Of a stretch of 64,000 nt of DNA, positions 39,667 to 52,189 are shown one piece after another. The notes under the pieces are model-generated. The model was not told where the DNA came from. It searched no databases and was given only the letters and a program-made list of their open reading frames with translations. The translations under genes and the position numbers were made by a program. This DNA is from Octopus sinensis (lineage: Eukaryota). The DNA is taken from positions 111,662,001 through 111,726,000 of the forward strand of contig NC_042997.1 of NCBI RefSeq assembly GCF_006345805.1, written 5' to 3'. Every line of letters starts with the position of its first letter. The first letter of the stretch is position 1.

Positions 39667-39700
<34 letters not shown>
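38383..39700 (-). mobile_element. Possible Helitron-like non-autonomous element(s) with internal duplications
   Basis: Minus-strand GCCC-AACA-GGGC hairpin 10 nt before CTAG|T (38383); three head-like motifs carrying GTGTGTCACAC (~38945, 39360 with A|TC, ~39680). Confidence 0.35.
38948..39311 (+). mobile_element. Two tandem CORE-type SINEs
   Basis: GACGGTGAGCTGGCAGAA head and two CORE boxes. Confidence 0.85.
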
Positions 39701-39707
<7 letters not shown>

Positions 39708-41341
39708 CATGCCACATGTTCATTGCACACAGCAACACCACCATATGACCAACAGCCCAACAACTTGTTCCCACTGACATTGAACCTGTTGTAGTGTGTG
39801 TGTAATCATTATACATTAGATAATGCTTGTATGAGATATATTATGTCTGGATTTTAAAAAAAACACAAACAGGATGGTCATAGCTGTATGTCTTTTATCA
39901 AGCCTGTTCACTGAGAATTGACCTGGGGCTAAACAACAATAGTACTGTGCTGATCAAATTCTTTGTATGTTTATTTTTATTTTTTTTATGTAGAATAAAA
40001 CCTAAAGACTAGATTTGAAAATGGTGTTACTCCTTCGACCAAATATCTGTGACATTCCTACCGAAACGTGTTGTCTCTTATTCTTGCTTGTTTTCTCTTG
40101 TAGATATGGAATCTATACAAATACATTTCTTTGATCAATCCTAGCATAATAATTATCAATTGATTATTGACTTATGCTCTATTTGCCTTAAATCAACTTG
40201 ATTGGAAATGAATAGCAATCTCCTCTTCTATAGATCCGGAAAGGGCAATCAGTCAGTCATAGATAAAAAAAGTTACAGAAAAAAAATTCTGCAAAAATCT
40301 AAAGAAATATCATCGTCATCGTTTAACGTCCACTTTCCATGCTGGCATGGGTTGGATGGTTTGAGTGAGGACTGGCGAGACAGAAGACTGCACCAGGCTC
40401 CAATCTGATCTGGCAAAGTTTCTACAGCTGGATGCCCTTCCTAATGCCAACCACTCTGAGAGTGTGTTGGGTGCTTTTTACGTGCCACCGGCACGAGGGC
40501 CAGTCAGACGGTACTGGCAACGACCACACTCAAAAGGTGTTTTTTATGTGCCACCTGCACAGGAGCCAGTCTGACAGCCCTGGCAACGACCAAAAAAAGA
40601 AACAAAACATTCTAGGTGCAGGCATGGCTGTGTAGTAAGAAGTTTACTTCCATTCCTATCTTGGCACCTTGGGCATGAGTCTTCTATTTTACTTATTTCA
40701 CTTGGCCAACCAAAGCATTGTAAGTGGATTTGGTAACAGAAACTGAAAGAAGCCCCATTGTATATGCATGTGTGTATCCCCCACCCCCACTGGACAACTG
40801 GTCTTGTGTTTATGTTTTGATGGGAGTCATGATGCTCCCTTGCGAGAAACAGACTGGACCGAGAAATTCTAAATAGTGGCGGTCAGAGTGAAGTTTGCAT
40901 GTTGGGGTTGTGTTTGCAGTGAAGTCGGAAAGTGTTGATTGGTTAGTTTATTTGGAATATTGATTGTTGGGATTGTTATGTTGTTATTACGGCTGCATGG
41001 TTATCTTCTTTACTGTTACAACACTGGCACGGTGTATCTAAACCATTCGTTACAATACCGTGGTGGTACCATGACACTGGAGAGGGAAAACACAACAGTT
41101 TACGACCCCCATAACTTAGCAGTTCCACAAAAGAGACCTATAGAATAAGTACCAGGCTTAAAAATACTAAGTAGCGGGGTTGATTCATTCGACTAAAAAT
41201 TCTTTGTGGTGGTGCTCTAGCATGGCCACAGACTAATAACTGAAATAAGTAAAATATAAACAATTGCAGCGTGGAAAGTGTTTGTAAGCCATTTAAGAAA
41301 CACACAAAAGCCATTCGATTCACTTCAACATTTAAGTTTAA

Positions 41342-41391
41342 TTTGTCAAAATATTTTCGTCGCTAAAATCCGCGACCTGTTCACTGACAAA
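41342..41391 (-). ncRNA. Minimal type I hammerhead ribozyme with a G3-C8 swapped core
   Basis: TTTGTCA-GTGAACA-G-GTCGC-loop-GCGAC-GAAA-ATATT-T-TGACAAA: 7-bp stem I, 5-bp stem II, palindromic stem III (AATATT) and a UUU triplet. Confidence 0.65.
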
Positions 41392-41409
41392 AATCCGTGC
41401 AGCATGGAT

Positions 41410-41458
41410 TTTGTCAGTGAACAGGTCGCGGATTTTAGTGACGAAAATTTTTGACAAA
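41410..41458 (+). ncRNA. Mirror copy of the G3-C8 hammerhead
   Basis: TTTGTCA-GTGAACA-G-GTCGC-loop-GTGAC-GAAA-ATTT-T-TGACAAA, one nt shorter in stem III. Confidence 0.6.
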
Positions 41459-41746
41459 TTAAACTTAAATGTTGAAGTGAATCGAATGGCTTTTGTGTGT
41501 TTCTTAAATGGATTACAAACACCTTCCACGCTGCAATTGTTTTCGTTCCAGCACACGATCTCAGATCAAATCACTTGCTATGCGAGTACATCTCTGTAAA
41601 ATATAAAGTTTGTTGAAAGGAAAGAGGTGTGAAGGGTGGGGGGTGAACATAAATGATAGCAACAAATTCTAAGGAGAGCTGAACAGCAGCCCTTAGAAGA
41701 AACCCCCTATTCCCTGAGAAAGTGTTTCAGCCCTTGACTTCTTATA

Positions 41747-41983
41747 CAGGGTGTTCAAAAAGTCTCTCCACAGTAAATATTTAATGGTTTTCAGGCGATT
41801 CTTGTACACTGATCCTTTACTTGCTCCCCAGAAATAAAATGTCTGGTGGTGTTAAATCAGGCAATCTTGGTGGCCAAAGTCCCTTCGAAATAATCTGTTC
41901 ACTGAAAAACTCTTGAAGTAGTGCCATGGTGATGTACAGGATGGAAAAAAAATTAACTGCAGAGAGACTTTTTGAACACACTG
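41747..41983 (-). mobile_element. Internally deleted Tc1/mariner element
   Basis: TA|CAGGGTGTTCAAAAAGTCTCTC and its near reverse complement at 41962-41983; internal minus-strand peptide QEFFSEQIISKGLWPPRLPDLTPPD (WPPRSPDL motif). Confidence 0.8.
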
Positions 41984-42080
41984 AATTTAAAGGGGCCGAA
42001 GATAGGATTAGAATTTAGTGAAGATTTTCAGGTTCAAAAAATTTAGAATGTTTGTTTGAGTGTACAACAATTCTAACGTT

Positions 42081-42258
42081 GAAAGTAAAGATAAAGGGAC
42101 AATTAAAGGTAAAGGGACAAATTAAAGTGAAGGTAAAGGGACAAATTAAAGGTAAAGGGACAATTAAAGTAAAGGTAAAGGGACAATTAAAGTGAAGGTA
42201 AAGGGACAATTAAAGTGAAGGTAAAGGGACAATTAAAGTGAAGGTAAAGGGACAATTT
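42081..42258. repeat. Minisatellite AAGGTAAAGGGACAATTAAAGTG (17-24-bp units, about 8 copies)
   Basis: Direct reading. Confidence 0.9.
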
Positions 42259-42770
42259 TTATATTCCATTTTAACCCTTTTGTTACCATATTTCTGTTAT
42301 GATACCTTGCTTTTGTTTCAATTGATTTGGTGTCGGGTTCATAAATGAATATGAAATTATGAGGAAGGTTTTAAGTTAGATTACTTTAATCTCTTTGAAA
42401 CCATATCTCTGTTGTATCAATTTGCTTGATTTTGATCTCATGATCAACCAGTCTATCAGATGTTATACATCATTGGTCACAATGCACTTTGCATCGTTTT
42501 AGCTTTTGAATCGTGCCACCCCACAGGCTGGGCAAGCAAGCCAACATTTTTCCCTGATCGGAAGGTTAGTCCGTTGCAGGGAACCCCTTTACAGCTGAAT
42601 GGACTGAAGCAAAATGAAATGAAGCGTTTTGCTCAAGAACACAAAATGCAACTCGTCTAGAAATCAAAACGGCAATCTCACAATCATTAGTGTAACACAC
42701 CTAAAACCACTAAGCTATGCACCTACCCCTGTTTCAATTAATTTTGAAAATTATGAAGAATTTAGTAAAA

Positions 42771-43450
42771 TCATCATCATCACTGTTTAACGTCTGCTTT
42801 CCATGCTAGCATGGATTGGACGATTTTGACTGAGGGCTGGCGAACCAGATGGCTGCACCAAGCTCCAATCTTGATCTGGCAGAGTTTCTACAGCTGGATG
42901 CCCTTCCTAACGCCAACCACTCCGAGAGTGTAGTGGGTGCTTTTTACGTGCCACCAGCATGGGGGCCAGTCAGGCGGTACTGGCAAAGACCATGCTCGAA
43001 TCTTTTTACACATGCCACCAGCACAGGTGCCAGTAAGGCGACGTTGGTAATGATCGCACTCAAATGGTGCCCTTTTACGTGCCATGGGACGGAGGCCAGT
43101 CAGGCAGTACTGGCAAAGACCTTGCTCGAATCTTGTTACACATGCCACCATCACAGGTGCCAATAAGGGGACGTTGGTAACAATCACACTCGAATGGTGC
43201 CCTTTTACATGCCACAACACGGGGGCCAGTCAGGTAGTGCTGGCAACGACCTCGCTCAAATCTTTTTACACATGCCACCGGCACAGGTGCCAGTAAGTTG
43301 ACATTGATAACAATCACGCTTGAATGGTGCCCTTTTACGTGCCACCAGCACGGAAGCCAGTTGGCTGCTCTGGCAATGATCACACTTGGATGGTGCTCTT
43401 GGCACCCAACTAGCATGGGCACAAGTGCCAGTAAAGCGACATTGGTAGCT
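42771..43450 (-). mobile_element. Family A element with an expanded internal array (about 8 alternating ~57-nt units)
   Basis: (CAT)n tail and core followed by alternating unit types. Confidence 0.85.
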
Positions 43451-44928
43451 GTCATTAATAAGATGGTGTTTGAAATAAATTACCACGATGCTTTGATGGA
43501 CAGCATTAGTTTAAATCACCAAGACAGAACCAGGGACATTCTTAGATGGGTTGGCATCAAAAGAATTAAGACTTATCAGGTTATTAACATTATGGAGACA
43601 ATATGGCCTCACACAGAAATATTTCTAATGAGAGGGATGGACAGTCACAAGAGGGTGGGGTACAAAACTTGGTATTTACTTTTAAGTGAGGGTACGAAAA
43701 GGGACTACAAAACAGTGGGACTAAAGGTAGTGTTTAACCCCAGTCTATTTCCGACTGAATAGACTAGAAACATTTAACCATGATCAGATTGAGTGTCAAG
43801 GAATTTATAAGGCCTCTGTCAGTCAAAGTCAATCATGTCTCTGCACTTGTCTGTGTAACCTGGGCAAGGGTTTTTTTGGTGAGGAGAGGACTAGCAGTTA
43901 AGCATGGATGTAAATCTGCCCTTTCATGCTATTGATATTTATCCAAGGCTTCCAACTTGGACCAATACACCTTGGCACCAGTGTTATCAAGACCATTACT
44001 GTCGGGACAAAAAACCTGGAATACATACCACAAGACAACTTGTGCCAATCCTCAATTCCACCAAATCACTAATTTGTGCTTGTTTTTATTGACACCTCAC
44101 AAACGGTAAAGTTGACCTTGGTGAAAAAAAAACAAGATGATTGGTGATTTGCTGTGCTGACCCGTCCATCAAAGTCTAATGGAGGCCATAAAAGCATGTT
44201 GTTTATGTCTATATTCCACCACCACCCCAGACACACAATCTGTCTTACAAATCTCTACTCCAACCTCCCCCTCCCAAGCACCTCCTCCCACCTCTACCAG
44301 CAATCATTGCTTGCTGTATCCCACAACCCTCCATCACTGACTTTCCCTTCTTGAACCTACCTGCAACAGGCAACACAATCGGTCCCCTGATGAAACCCCC
44401 CCCCGTGCATGTTCACTGCATTCCCCTCCCAACCATCTCCCACTCACTCACCCCATCCAATCTTTTTCATTTGATTTATATGCACTTCACTGTAACTTGT
44501 CACATTTTCTTCTCTCTCTTTCCAACTGGCACAGCCACGTGTCCCCCTTTACTGCAAGATATCTATTTCTGTTCCACTATTAATACTCTCACTTCTCCTC
44601 ACCTGGCACCAAGCCACCGCCTCCCTCAATACTGCTACACACCTCACCTGAGGAGCTTTGTCTTATGTGTTACTCTGTGACCGCACTGCTGCTGGCACCA
44701 TGTGAAAATCACTCAGCCCACACAGTTCAGTGGTTGACATTTTGGAGGAGCTCTCCAGCTTACTAGTCTTCAGGCAAACCGTCCAAACCATGCCAGCATA
44801 GAAAGTGGATGTTAAATGATGACGACGAGGTGGATTCAGGTATGGAAACCATGCCAAAGCAGACAATAGAACTTGGTACAGTCTTCTGACATACCAACTC
44901 ATATTAAAGTGTCGAACCCATAGGAGGA

Positions 44929-45537
44929 GTTCTATATTTAAGAGATGAGGAATTATGTACATTATTTACATTTGACAGATATTTGTCCTCATCTTGTTTG
45001 TTGCCCATGGGCATAAGGCATAGTGGTTAAGAGTGCAGGCTACTAACTCCAAGATTCTGAGTTCAATTCCAGGCAGAGACATGAATAATAATGAGCCCTG
45101 TGCTAGTAGGGTATTAAGAGCACCATCCAAGCGTGATCATTGCCGGAGTGGCTATCTGGCCTCAGTGCTGGTGACGCGTAAAAGACACCATTCGAGTGTG
45201 ATCGTTACCAGCATCGCCTTACTGGCATGTGCTGGTGGCATATGTAAAGGATTCAGGCGAGGTCGTTGCCAGTACCGCCTGACTGGCCCTGTGCCGGTAG
45301 CACGTAAAAGCACCCACTACACTTTCGGAGTGGTTGGCGTTAGGAAGGGCATCCAGCTGTAGAAACACTGCGAGATCAAGATTGAGGCCTGGTGCAGCCA
45401 TCTGGTTTGCCAGCCCTCAGTCAAAATTGGAAAGCGGACGTTAAACGATGATATAATATATAATAATAACAACAACATCGAAAAATACCTTACGAATGAG
45501 AACCCAGGTTCGAAACTTCCCCAAGACACCTGATGAA
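44929..45537 (+). mobile_element. Second copy of the tRNA-headed hammerhead-tail element, with a nested family A insertion (~45093-45452)
   Basis: Inverted tail 44929-45003, tRNA head 45009-45085, then ATCGAAAAATACCTT..CCCAAGACACCTGATGAA truncated at 45537. Confidence 0.8.
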
Positions 45538-45984
45538 AGGGTTCTTTAAAGTTTGTTCTGTTATAAGCATTGCATCCAAACGTCTGACTCCATCTTCACT
45601 CATATCTTTCCTGTAGACATTCAGACTGAACATTAACCACATGAATCTCACCAGTCTGGGACAACCTGTAAATGTGATAAGCACTGCCTCCTCTTCTCCC
45701 CGGACTGACTAATCAAAAAGGGAGTTTAGCTGCTGCCCACTTATCATTAAGACAAGGACTAGATCTCAGACATATCAGTTATGTTCTAATGGATGGTATC
45801 TATGTTCTGACAGTGTTCTTTCTTTGAGGCTTGCTCTGGTTTTAAAACAGGTGCACTACATTCTTGCATGTCATTTCATCATCATCATTTAATATCGGTT
45901 TTCCATGCAGGCATGGAGCGAGCAGTTCGACAGGAGTTAGTAAAGCAAGGAGCCGCACCAGGTTCCACTATGGTTTCTTATTTC

Positions 45985-46390
45985 TTTACTGCCCACAAGG
46001 GGCTACACACAGAGGAGACAAACAAGGACAAACTGATTAAGTCGATTATACTGACCCCAGTGCTTAACTGGTACTTATTTATCAACCCCAAAAGGATGAA
46101 AGGCAAAGTCGATCTCAGCGGAATTTGAACTCAGAAAGTTGCGGCAGACGAAATACCTATTTCTTTACTACCCACAAGGGGCTAAACACAGAGGAGACAA
46201 ACAAGGACAGACAGACGGATTAAGTCGATTATATCGACCCTAGTGTGTAATTGGTACTTATTTATCAACCCCAAAAGGATGAAAGGCAAAGTCAACCTTG
46301 GTGGGATTTGAACTCAGAACGTAGCGGCAGACGAAATACCGCTAAGCATTTCGCCCGGCGTGCTAACGTTTCTGCCAGCTTGTCGCCTTT
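45985..46390 (-). mobile_element. Two tandem CORE-type SINEs
   Basis: Two CORE boxes and an intact head at ~46385. Confidence 0.85.
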
Positions 46391-47329
46391 TCCATTATGG
46401 TTTCTAAAACTGGATGCCCTTCCAAACACTAACCACTTTACAGAGTGTATTGGGTGGTTTTTACATGGAACCAGCACCAATGCTCTTTTATGTGGCACCA
46501 GCAGCAGTGAAATGGAAACAAAAAGAAACCCACACCATATCTCTATGATGATGAATTTGTAGAAATAGCTTGACCTGCTATTTGACAGGCCTAAACTCTA
46601 GAATCCACTTGAGAATATTTAACGAGCAAAAATAATGTCAGTGAAAAGCATTGAAGCATAACAAAAGGCCATATGTAAAAGAATGTGCAACCTCATTGCT
46701 AAATGATTTTACTGATCTGCTAGTAATATATTCATGATAAGGGAGATTATTATCATTTGATATCAATTTTCCAAGGTTTGACAAGAGCCGGCAAGGCTGG
46801 AGGGCTGCACTGGGTTCCAGTTATCTGCTTTGGCATGAATGACTTTCAAAAAGAAAGCTTTAAAGAATTAGAATAAAAGTTGAATGATTGATAACAGGAA
46901 TTTATAGTTTGCTGAACTGCTAGGTCAAAAATGCAATCAGATTCCATTGTTAACATCCAAAAGAAGATCTTGGAAAAAAAAAAGTACTGGGGCTGATTAA
47001 TTTGACTAATAATTCTTCAAGGCAGTGCTCCAGCATGGCTGCAGTCTAATGACCAAAACAAGTGAACGATAAAAGACAAACTATCCAGTGTCGCAAGGTT
47101 AAAAAGAAAGCATTTAAAATAAACATTAGCTTGTTCGAAAATATAAAGATCGTGTCGTATAAGCCAGTTGGAGACGATGTCTCCTGGGGCTAAATTACAG
47201 CAACATTCGTCCTAAACCAGGAGTGCCGTGTTATGTTGGCAAATAACTTTTACTCTTAGATGTTTGGAAATGATAATACGGGGAGGGTTTGAATGATATC
47301 AAGTGAAGCGTGACCCATTCAGCAAACGA

Positions 47330-47680
47330 CTCGTAGGAGTGGCTGTGCTGTTAAGAAGTTTGCTTCTCAATCACACGGATCTGGGTTCGGTTCCATTACG
47401 TGGCACCTTGGGCAAAGTGTATACTATAGCTACAGACCAGCCTTGCAAGTCGAACTGATAGATGGAAAGTGAAAGAAGCCCGTCGTGTGTGTGTATCACT
47501 GTCATACAAGCGGTGCCCTTCGTTTCTAATATTCTGCGAAAACATGTCCTGCCACGAGGAAACATTACCTTGCTTGGAAAAGGGAGAAAAATGGCAACAG
47601 GAAGAGCATCTCGCTGTGGAAAATCCGTGTCTCCAAGTGTCCAACTCATGCAAGCATGGAAAGTGAAAATTAAACCGATA
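47330..47680 (+). mobile_element. tRNA SINE with RTE-type tail (same family as 10010-10500)
   Basis: Head, GGAAAGTGAAAGAAGCCCGTCG box and AGGAAACATTACCT..GCATGGAAAGTG tail. Confidence 0.75.
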
Positions 47681-48546
47681 TTTCAACTGAATCGGGTTTA
47701 AATCTGATCTTATAAAAGTCGCAGTAACTTTCCACAAGTGCTAAAAAGGAGAGAGACACTTCACGGTAGCTCGACACGCTAGAAATAGTAGTCGAATGCT
47801 CCTCAAATCCTACCCTCTCTTACAAAGGCAAACCAGAACAGCGTAACGTTTTCACTTTCTCAGGCTTTAAAGTTCTTCTCAGTCTCGCAAACAATTCTTA
47901 TTATTCCTGTATGGCAAGGAGTGTGTTCATGTGTTTTGGCTGAAGTTCAACCACAACCATGTTTATGTGTGAATTTTACAGCAAATCCATGAATGAAACA
48001 AATACAGAAAATATTTTTCATGAATACAAAAAGAAAGCTGATGTATTAACAGAATGAAAATCCCTGCAGAGAAAGTAAAAATGGTACGCTAATGTAGTCC
48101 AAGATACACCACGTTTGACTAAGAAATGAGATGGCTACGATTACCTGATCCTAGTTTTGAAAAAGCAATCCATACCTCATGGGGAAGAAAACGGCACAAA
48201 AAGAAAAGAAAAGAAAAAAAAAAGCTGGAAGTTTTGGAATTTTACTATCATACCTGTTTCCAAATGTTGATCGATGGTCTTTCGGAATAGCAATCACTAA
48301 CTACATCATGATCAAGGAAAAGGGGGTGAAAATTTGGGCAGAATTTTTTGTTAAAAAAGGGTTAATATTTTTACATTTTGATACCCAAATTCTTACTTTT
48401 CGAGTAAATTTATACAATTACCCACAGCAAGAATACTAAAATAAATAAATTTTAAAAAACCCTCCCCCATCGATTCTGTCTCCTTTTCTTTCTCCCAGGG
48501 GTGGTGATAGCTATGCCAAGACTCCGTCTACTCCCTTGGGACTCAC

Positions 48547-48564
48547 CGAGAGTTCTATAACCAT
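48547..48564 (-). CDS. Candidate first coding segment (MVIELS) of a minus-strand gene; exon possibly 48547-48812
   Basis: Kozak context GAAACCATGG, canonical donor TCG|GTGAGT and possible acceptor CCCGCCATTTCAG| at 48813, in the CpG-rich region. Confidence 0.45.
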
Positions 48565-50647
48565 GGTTTCATTGTTGGTTTTTGTTAAAACAAAATCAAG
48601 CGTGACAAATAGATCAATAAATAAACCGTTCGAGAGGTGAATTTATTGCCAAAGTTGAAGAAAGAATTGAAAAAGATAGGAATACATCGAGAGAGAAGGA
48701 GAGAAGCAATACAATAGAGAAGGGGGATTTGCAAGTTGGTCAAACGTCCCAAGTCGGTGTCTTCCTTCGTGAAAACTAATTCAATTATGTCTAAAAGTTG
48801 GTGACTTCCTGTCTGAAATGGCGGGTTGGGGAATCGTCGTCGTTTAAACGAAGAGGATTCACTTCTTTGGTGTTCGGTCAACTGACTGAATTGTGCCCGA
48901 GTATTCCACAGACGTCTGTTACACTTCATGTAGTGATGAGGGAGAATTAAGCATGACAGTATAGCGAAGCTGTACCGTTCACACAGTTCCACTTAGAAGG
49001 TAGGGATTGACTCGAGGCTATAGAAAAGGCTATACAGTTGACCAGGACGTCTAGCAGTGGGATCGAACCCGGGACTTCGTAGTTGCGAAACGAACTTCTT
49101 AACCATTACTGTGCCTGCACGCGCGCGCGTTAAGTTGATGTCTTCCTACTTGAAAATACAAGACAAACAATTCTAACCGAGATTCTCCACAACTTGTCTA
49201 CGAAGCAACAATTCACGTTGTCGGTCGACTTGCTAGATGTAGCAACCAAATCTCCCTCAAATTACACTCGAGTGTTTTCAAAGAAAAAAAAATGAGATCG
49301 GATACATTGAATAATGTGGCCCTAGAGATATTCTTAAAACAGGATGGTCATAGCTGGAATACCTTTAATAACAGGTCTATTTAAGCAAATCTAATGTGGA
49401 GTCAACAATATAAATTGCATTGAAGACACGTATCCTTTATAACAGCAATATTTAATATGCGATATTCATTTGGCATTATTATATATTCACGTTATTTTAT
49501 ACCTCTAGGACTTGGCTTTAACATAAATAAATCAGTTATTTTTGAGAAGCAACAACTTTATTACAAGCAAAAACAAATAGACATCTTAATTTTCACAACA
49601 ATACAAACAATTTGTAGGTGAAGAAGCCAATTTCAGCTCAAAGGCATCGACATTAAACCGAGAATGTAAATACTACGGCAGGTTTTATTATTAAAGACAG
49701 CAATTATCATTGCCATGAGGGAGGGCATTTCTCAAGCGAGGAAGTAATTGACTATTCAAGTTGAATTATTTAGCGCTTAAATATAACGTGTGTTCTGTAA
49801 ATTCTACCTTAAAAACCCCAGAAGACATGTCACGAGACGACAGCATGTAATATTCTTTCGAAGGCAAAAGAACAAACACTAGGTCTTTTAGTCTTTTACA
49901 CGTACGTCTCTATAATAATTCCGTTTCATATTCTTCTCCCCCGCCAAGGCCTTTCTCTGGTGGGGGTACAAAGTACGTCACAATACACACACACACCCCT
50001 TCAATAGTTCATTCGGATAATAAAGCTCTTTTCTAGTATTGATATGTTATCAATATGTTATAGTATTTATTGATAGTCGTAGAAAAGGAAGGGGAAAAGG
50101 ACAGTAAATAGCTGGTTGCTGTATCGCCAAGTGATATCCTAAACCGAGTTGTTCGGTAGAATATTAAAACATTCATCTCACGTGGAGCTGAAAATGTATG
50201 AACAGAGACAAGCGACAGGTTTTGATATATCTACACACACACACGAGAAAAGTCCGAGACGAAGACAATCAATCATACACACGTATATATATTTATATAT
50301 ACATATATATATAGCGGTGATAGTAGTAGTAATAGGTATCCACTGCCAATTTCAGTCAAGAAGACCACATACCCCGACCATTGTCAAGTAAATGCAACTT
50401 AACATTTACTCTCATGATAATTATGATGGAAACGTGTCGTGTCATTTGCGTATTTTCAGTAGGAATTCTTTCGTTACAGAAAGACGCCAAGATAATATAT
50501 ATACGTATATAAACAATCGCTTATTTTGCAATCGATAAAAAGAAACAAAATACTTGTTATTCAATATAAAATAACACACACATATATACAAATTATAATT
50601 CAACTTCCTCTTTTCCAATGCATAACTCGACTTCTCGTTCTTTCCAT

Positions 50648-50684
<37 letters not shown>

Positions 50685-51737
50685 GTAGTTTAAGCTGCAG
50701 ATTATACCTACCTGCATATGTGTATTGTGCTACATATATTTGTATGTGTGTGTAGATATTCATACAGATGCATACACACCTTACACATATGTGGCGTAAG
50801 CTTTGGATATATAAAAATAAAACCAGCTGGACTTAAATGGGCGGAAATTTTTGTATGTTATTTCATAGTTTGTCGATTTTAGAATTTCAGTTCCACATAG
50901 GAGAGATGTGAGAAGAGAAAGACCAGTGACCCTCCTTAGTCACATTCTACCGGACATTCGAAGCAGCTGACTAAACGACGGAGGACAGGACTAACAAATC
51001 GAACAGATTGTTTTAAACCAAAGAAACTAGAATTCTTTCGATCTTACAGACAACACACTTCGTTACATTGGAAATTATTAGAAGCGGTTTTATAACAAGC
51101 CATTTTCAGAACCTAGTTGTACCGGCATGTCTTATAGAACTGAAATTCGAAACTGAAACAACGAAACAAACATCTAAATACACCAACACTGTCCATTTCT
51201 AGAATTCGTTTTTTTACGCATAATGAAAGAATTTGGAAATAAAAAATACTACAAAAACAGTTTTATAACCATTTCGTTGTCTACCTCTCTACATATTTTC
51301 ATTAAATTGTCATATAAATGAGGCTTCTTGAAAATTTAATTCCAATGAATTAAAAAAAATATTCTGCTTACGGAAAAGTTGAGAATTTAAAGAAACTCCC
51401 TTAAAGTTTACCTCATAGCATGGAGTATAGCCACAGTTCCTGGTTATCATTTGGTAAATTATTGCATGACCACGTTATAATAAATAATAATTAATAATAA
51501 TAATAATAATATATTACACAATCAATAGTTACGGAAGATACGAGATGCCAACAGCGATATTAACTAATATAATAAAGATAATTATGTTAAACAATAGCGC
51601 CGAATTCCAACCAGAACAGCATGAATGAAAATAAAACATGCAATTTAGACTTAGATTATTTAATAAGAAAAACGATAAAAATATAGAATTTATATAATTT
51701 TTCTTCTTCTTCGAATCAAAGTAAAAGCAATGCTCAC

Positions 51738-51950
51738 CTTTATCTTGGTTACTTTCGGGTAGATCAGATACCAGCAGGGTAACGTCCAATGATTAGTAAA
51801 GATATGGTAGGGTGATTTTCCGAGTGTGTAAAGCGATGGATATAATAATATTTAGTGGAAGCAAAGAGACGGGGGACTGGATTATGTTGTTGTACATGTC
51901 AACATACCGCTACTGAGGTGTCTCTCTCGCTCGATGGCTCATTCTACAGG
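51738..51950 (-). other. Candidate non-coding 5' exon, minus strand (upstream boundary uncertain)
   Basis: Strong donor AAG|GTGAGC at 51737; CpG-rich; I found no ATG-initiated frame reaching the donor. Confidence 0.3.
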
Positions 51951-52189
51951 CAAATAATAGGACTCACACCAATATAAAGCACACTTTACTAGACTCACTG
52001 TGAAAAACAATATCTAACAGATGACTACAATGTAATTACGGTGTAGAACCTTGGCACATTATTAAGTATGTATTCCTGGAAAGACCGGTACAACTACTGC
52101 ACTTTAAAACAGCCCTGGAAGCTGCCATATTTAATGTTTACATGGTGGATTATGGGTAAACAGCTGCAACACTGGTTTACGAGGAAACC

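Larger units (their letters stand above)
41258..41600. mobile_element. Fold-back (palindromic) Penelope-like terminal-repeat element
   Basis: Arms 41258-41400 and 41402-41542 are near-perfect reverse complements with a 1-nt spacer; each arm carries a hammerhead motif. Confidence 0.75.

Noticed and set aside
42849-43762. Overlapping ORFs with repeated CPFTCH motifs that look like a Cys/His-repeat protein
   Set aside because: They arise from the non-coding ~57-nt tandem units of family A, and copies elsewhere have frameshifts and stops.
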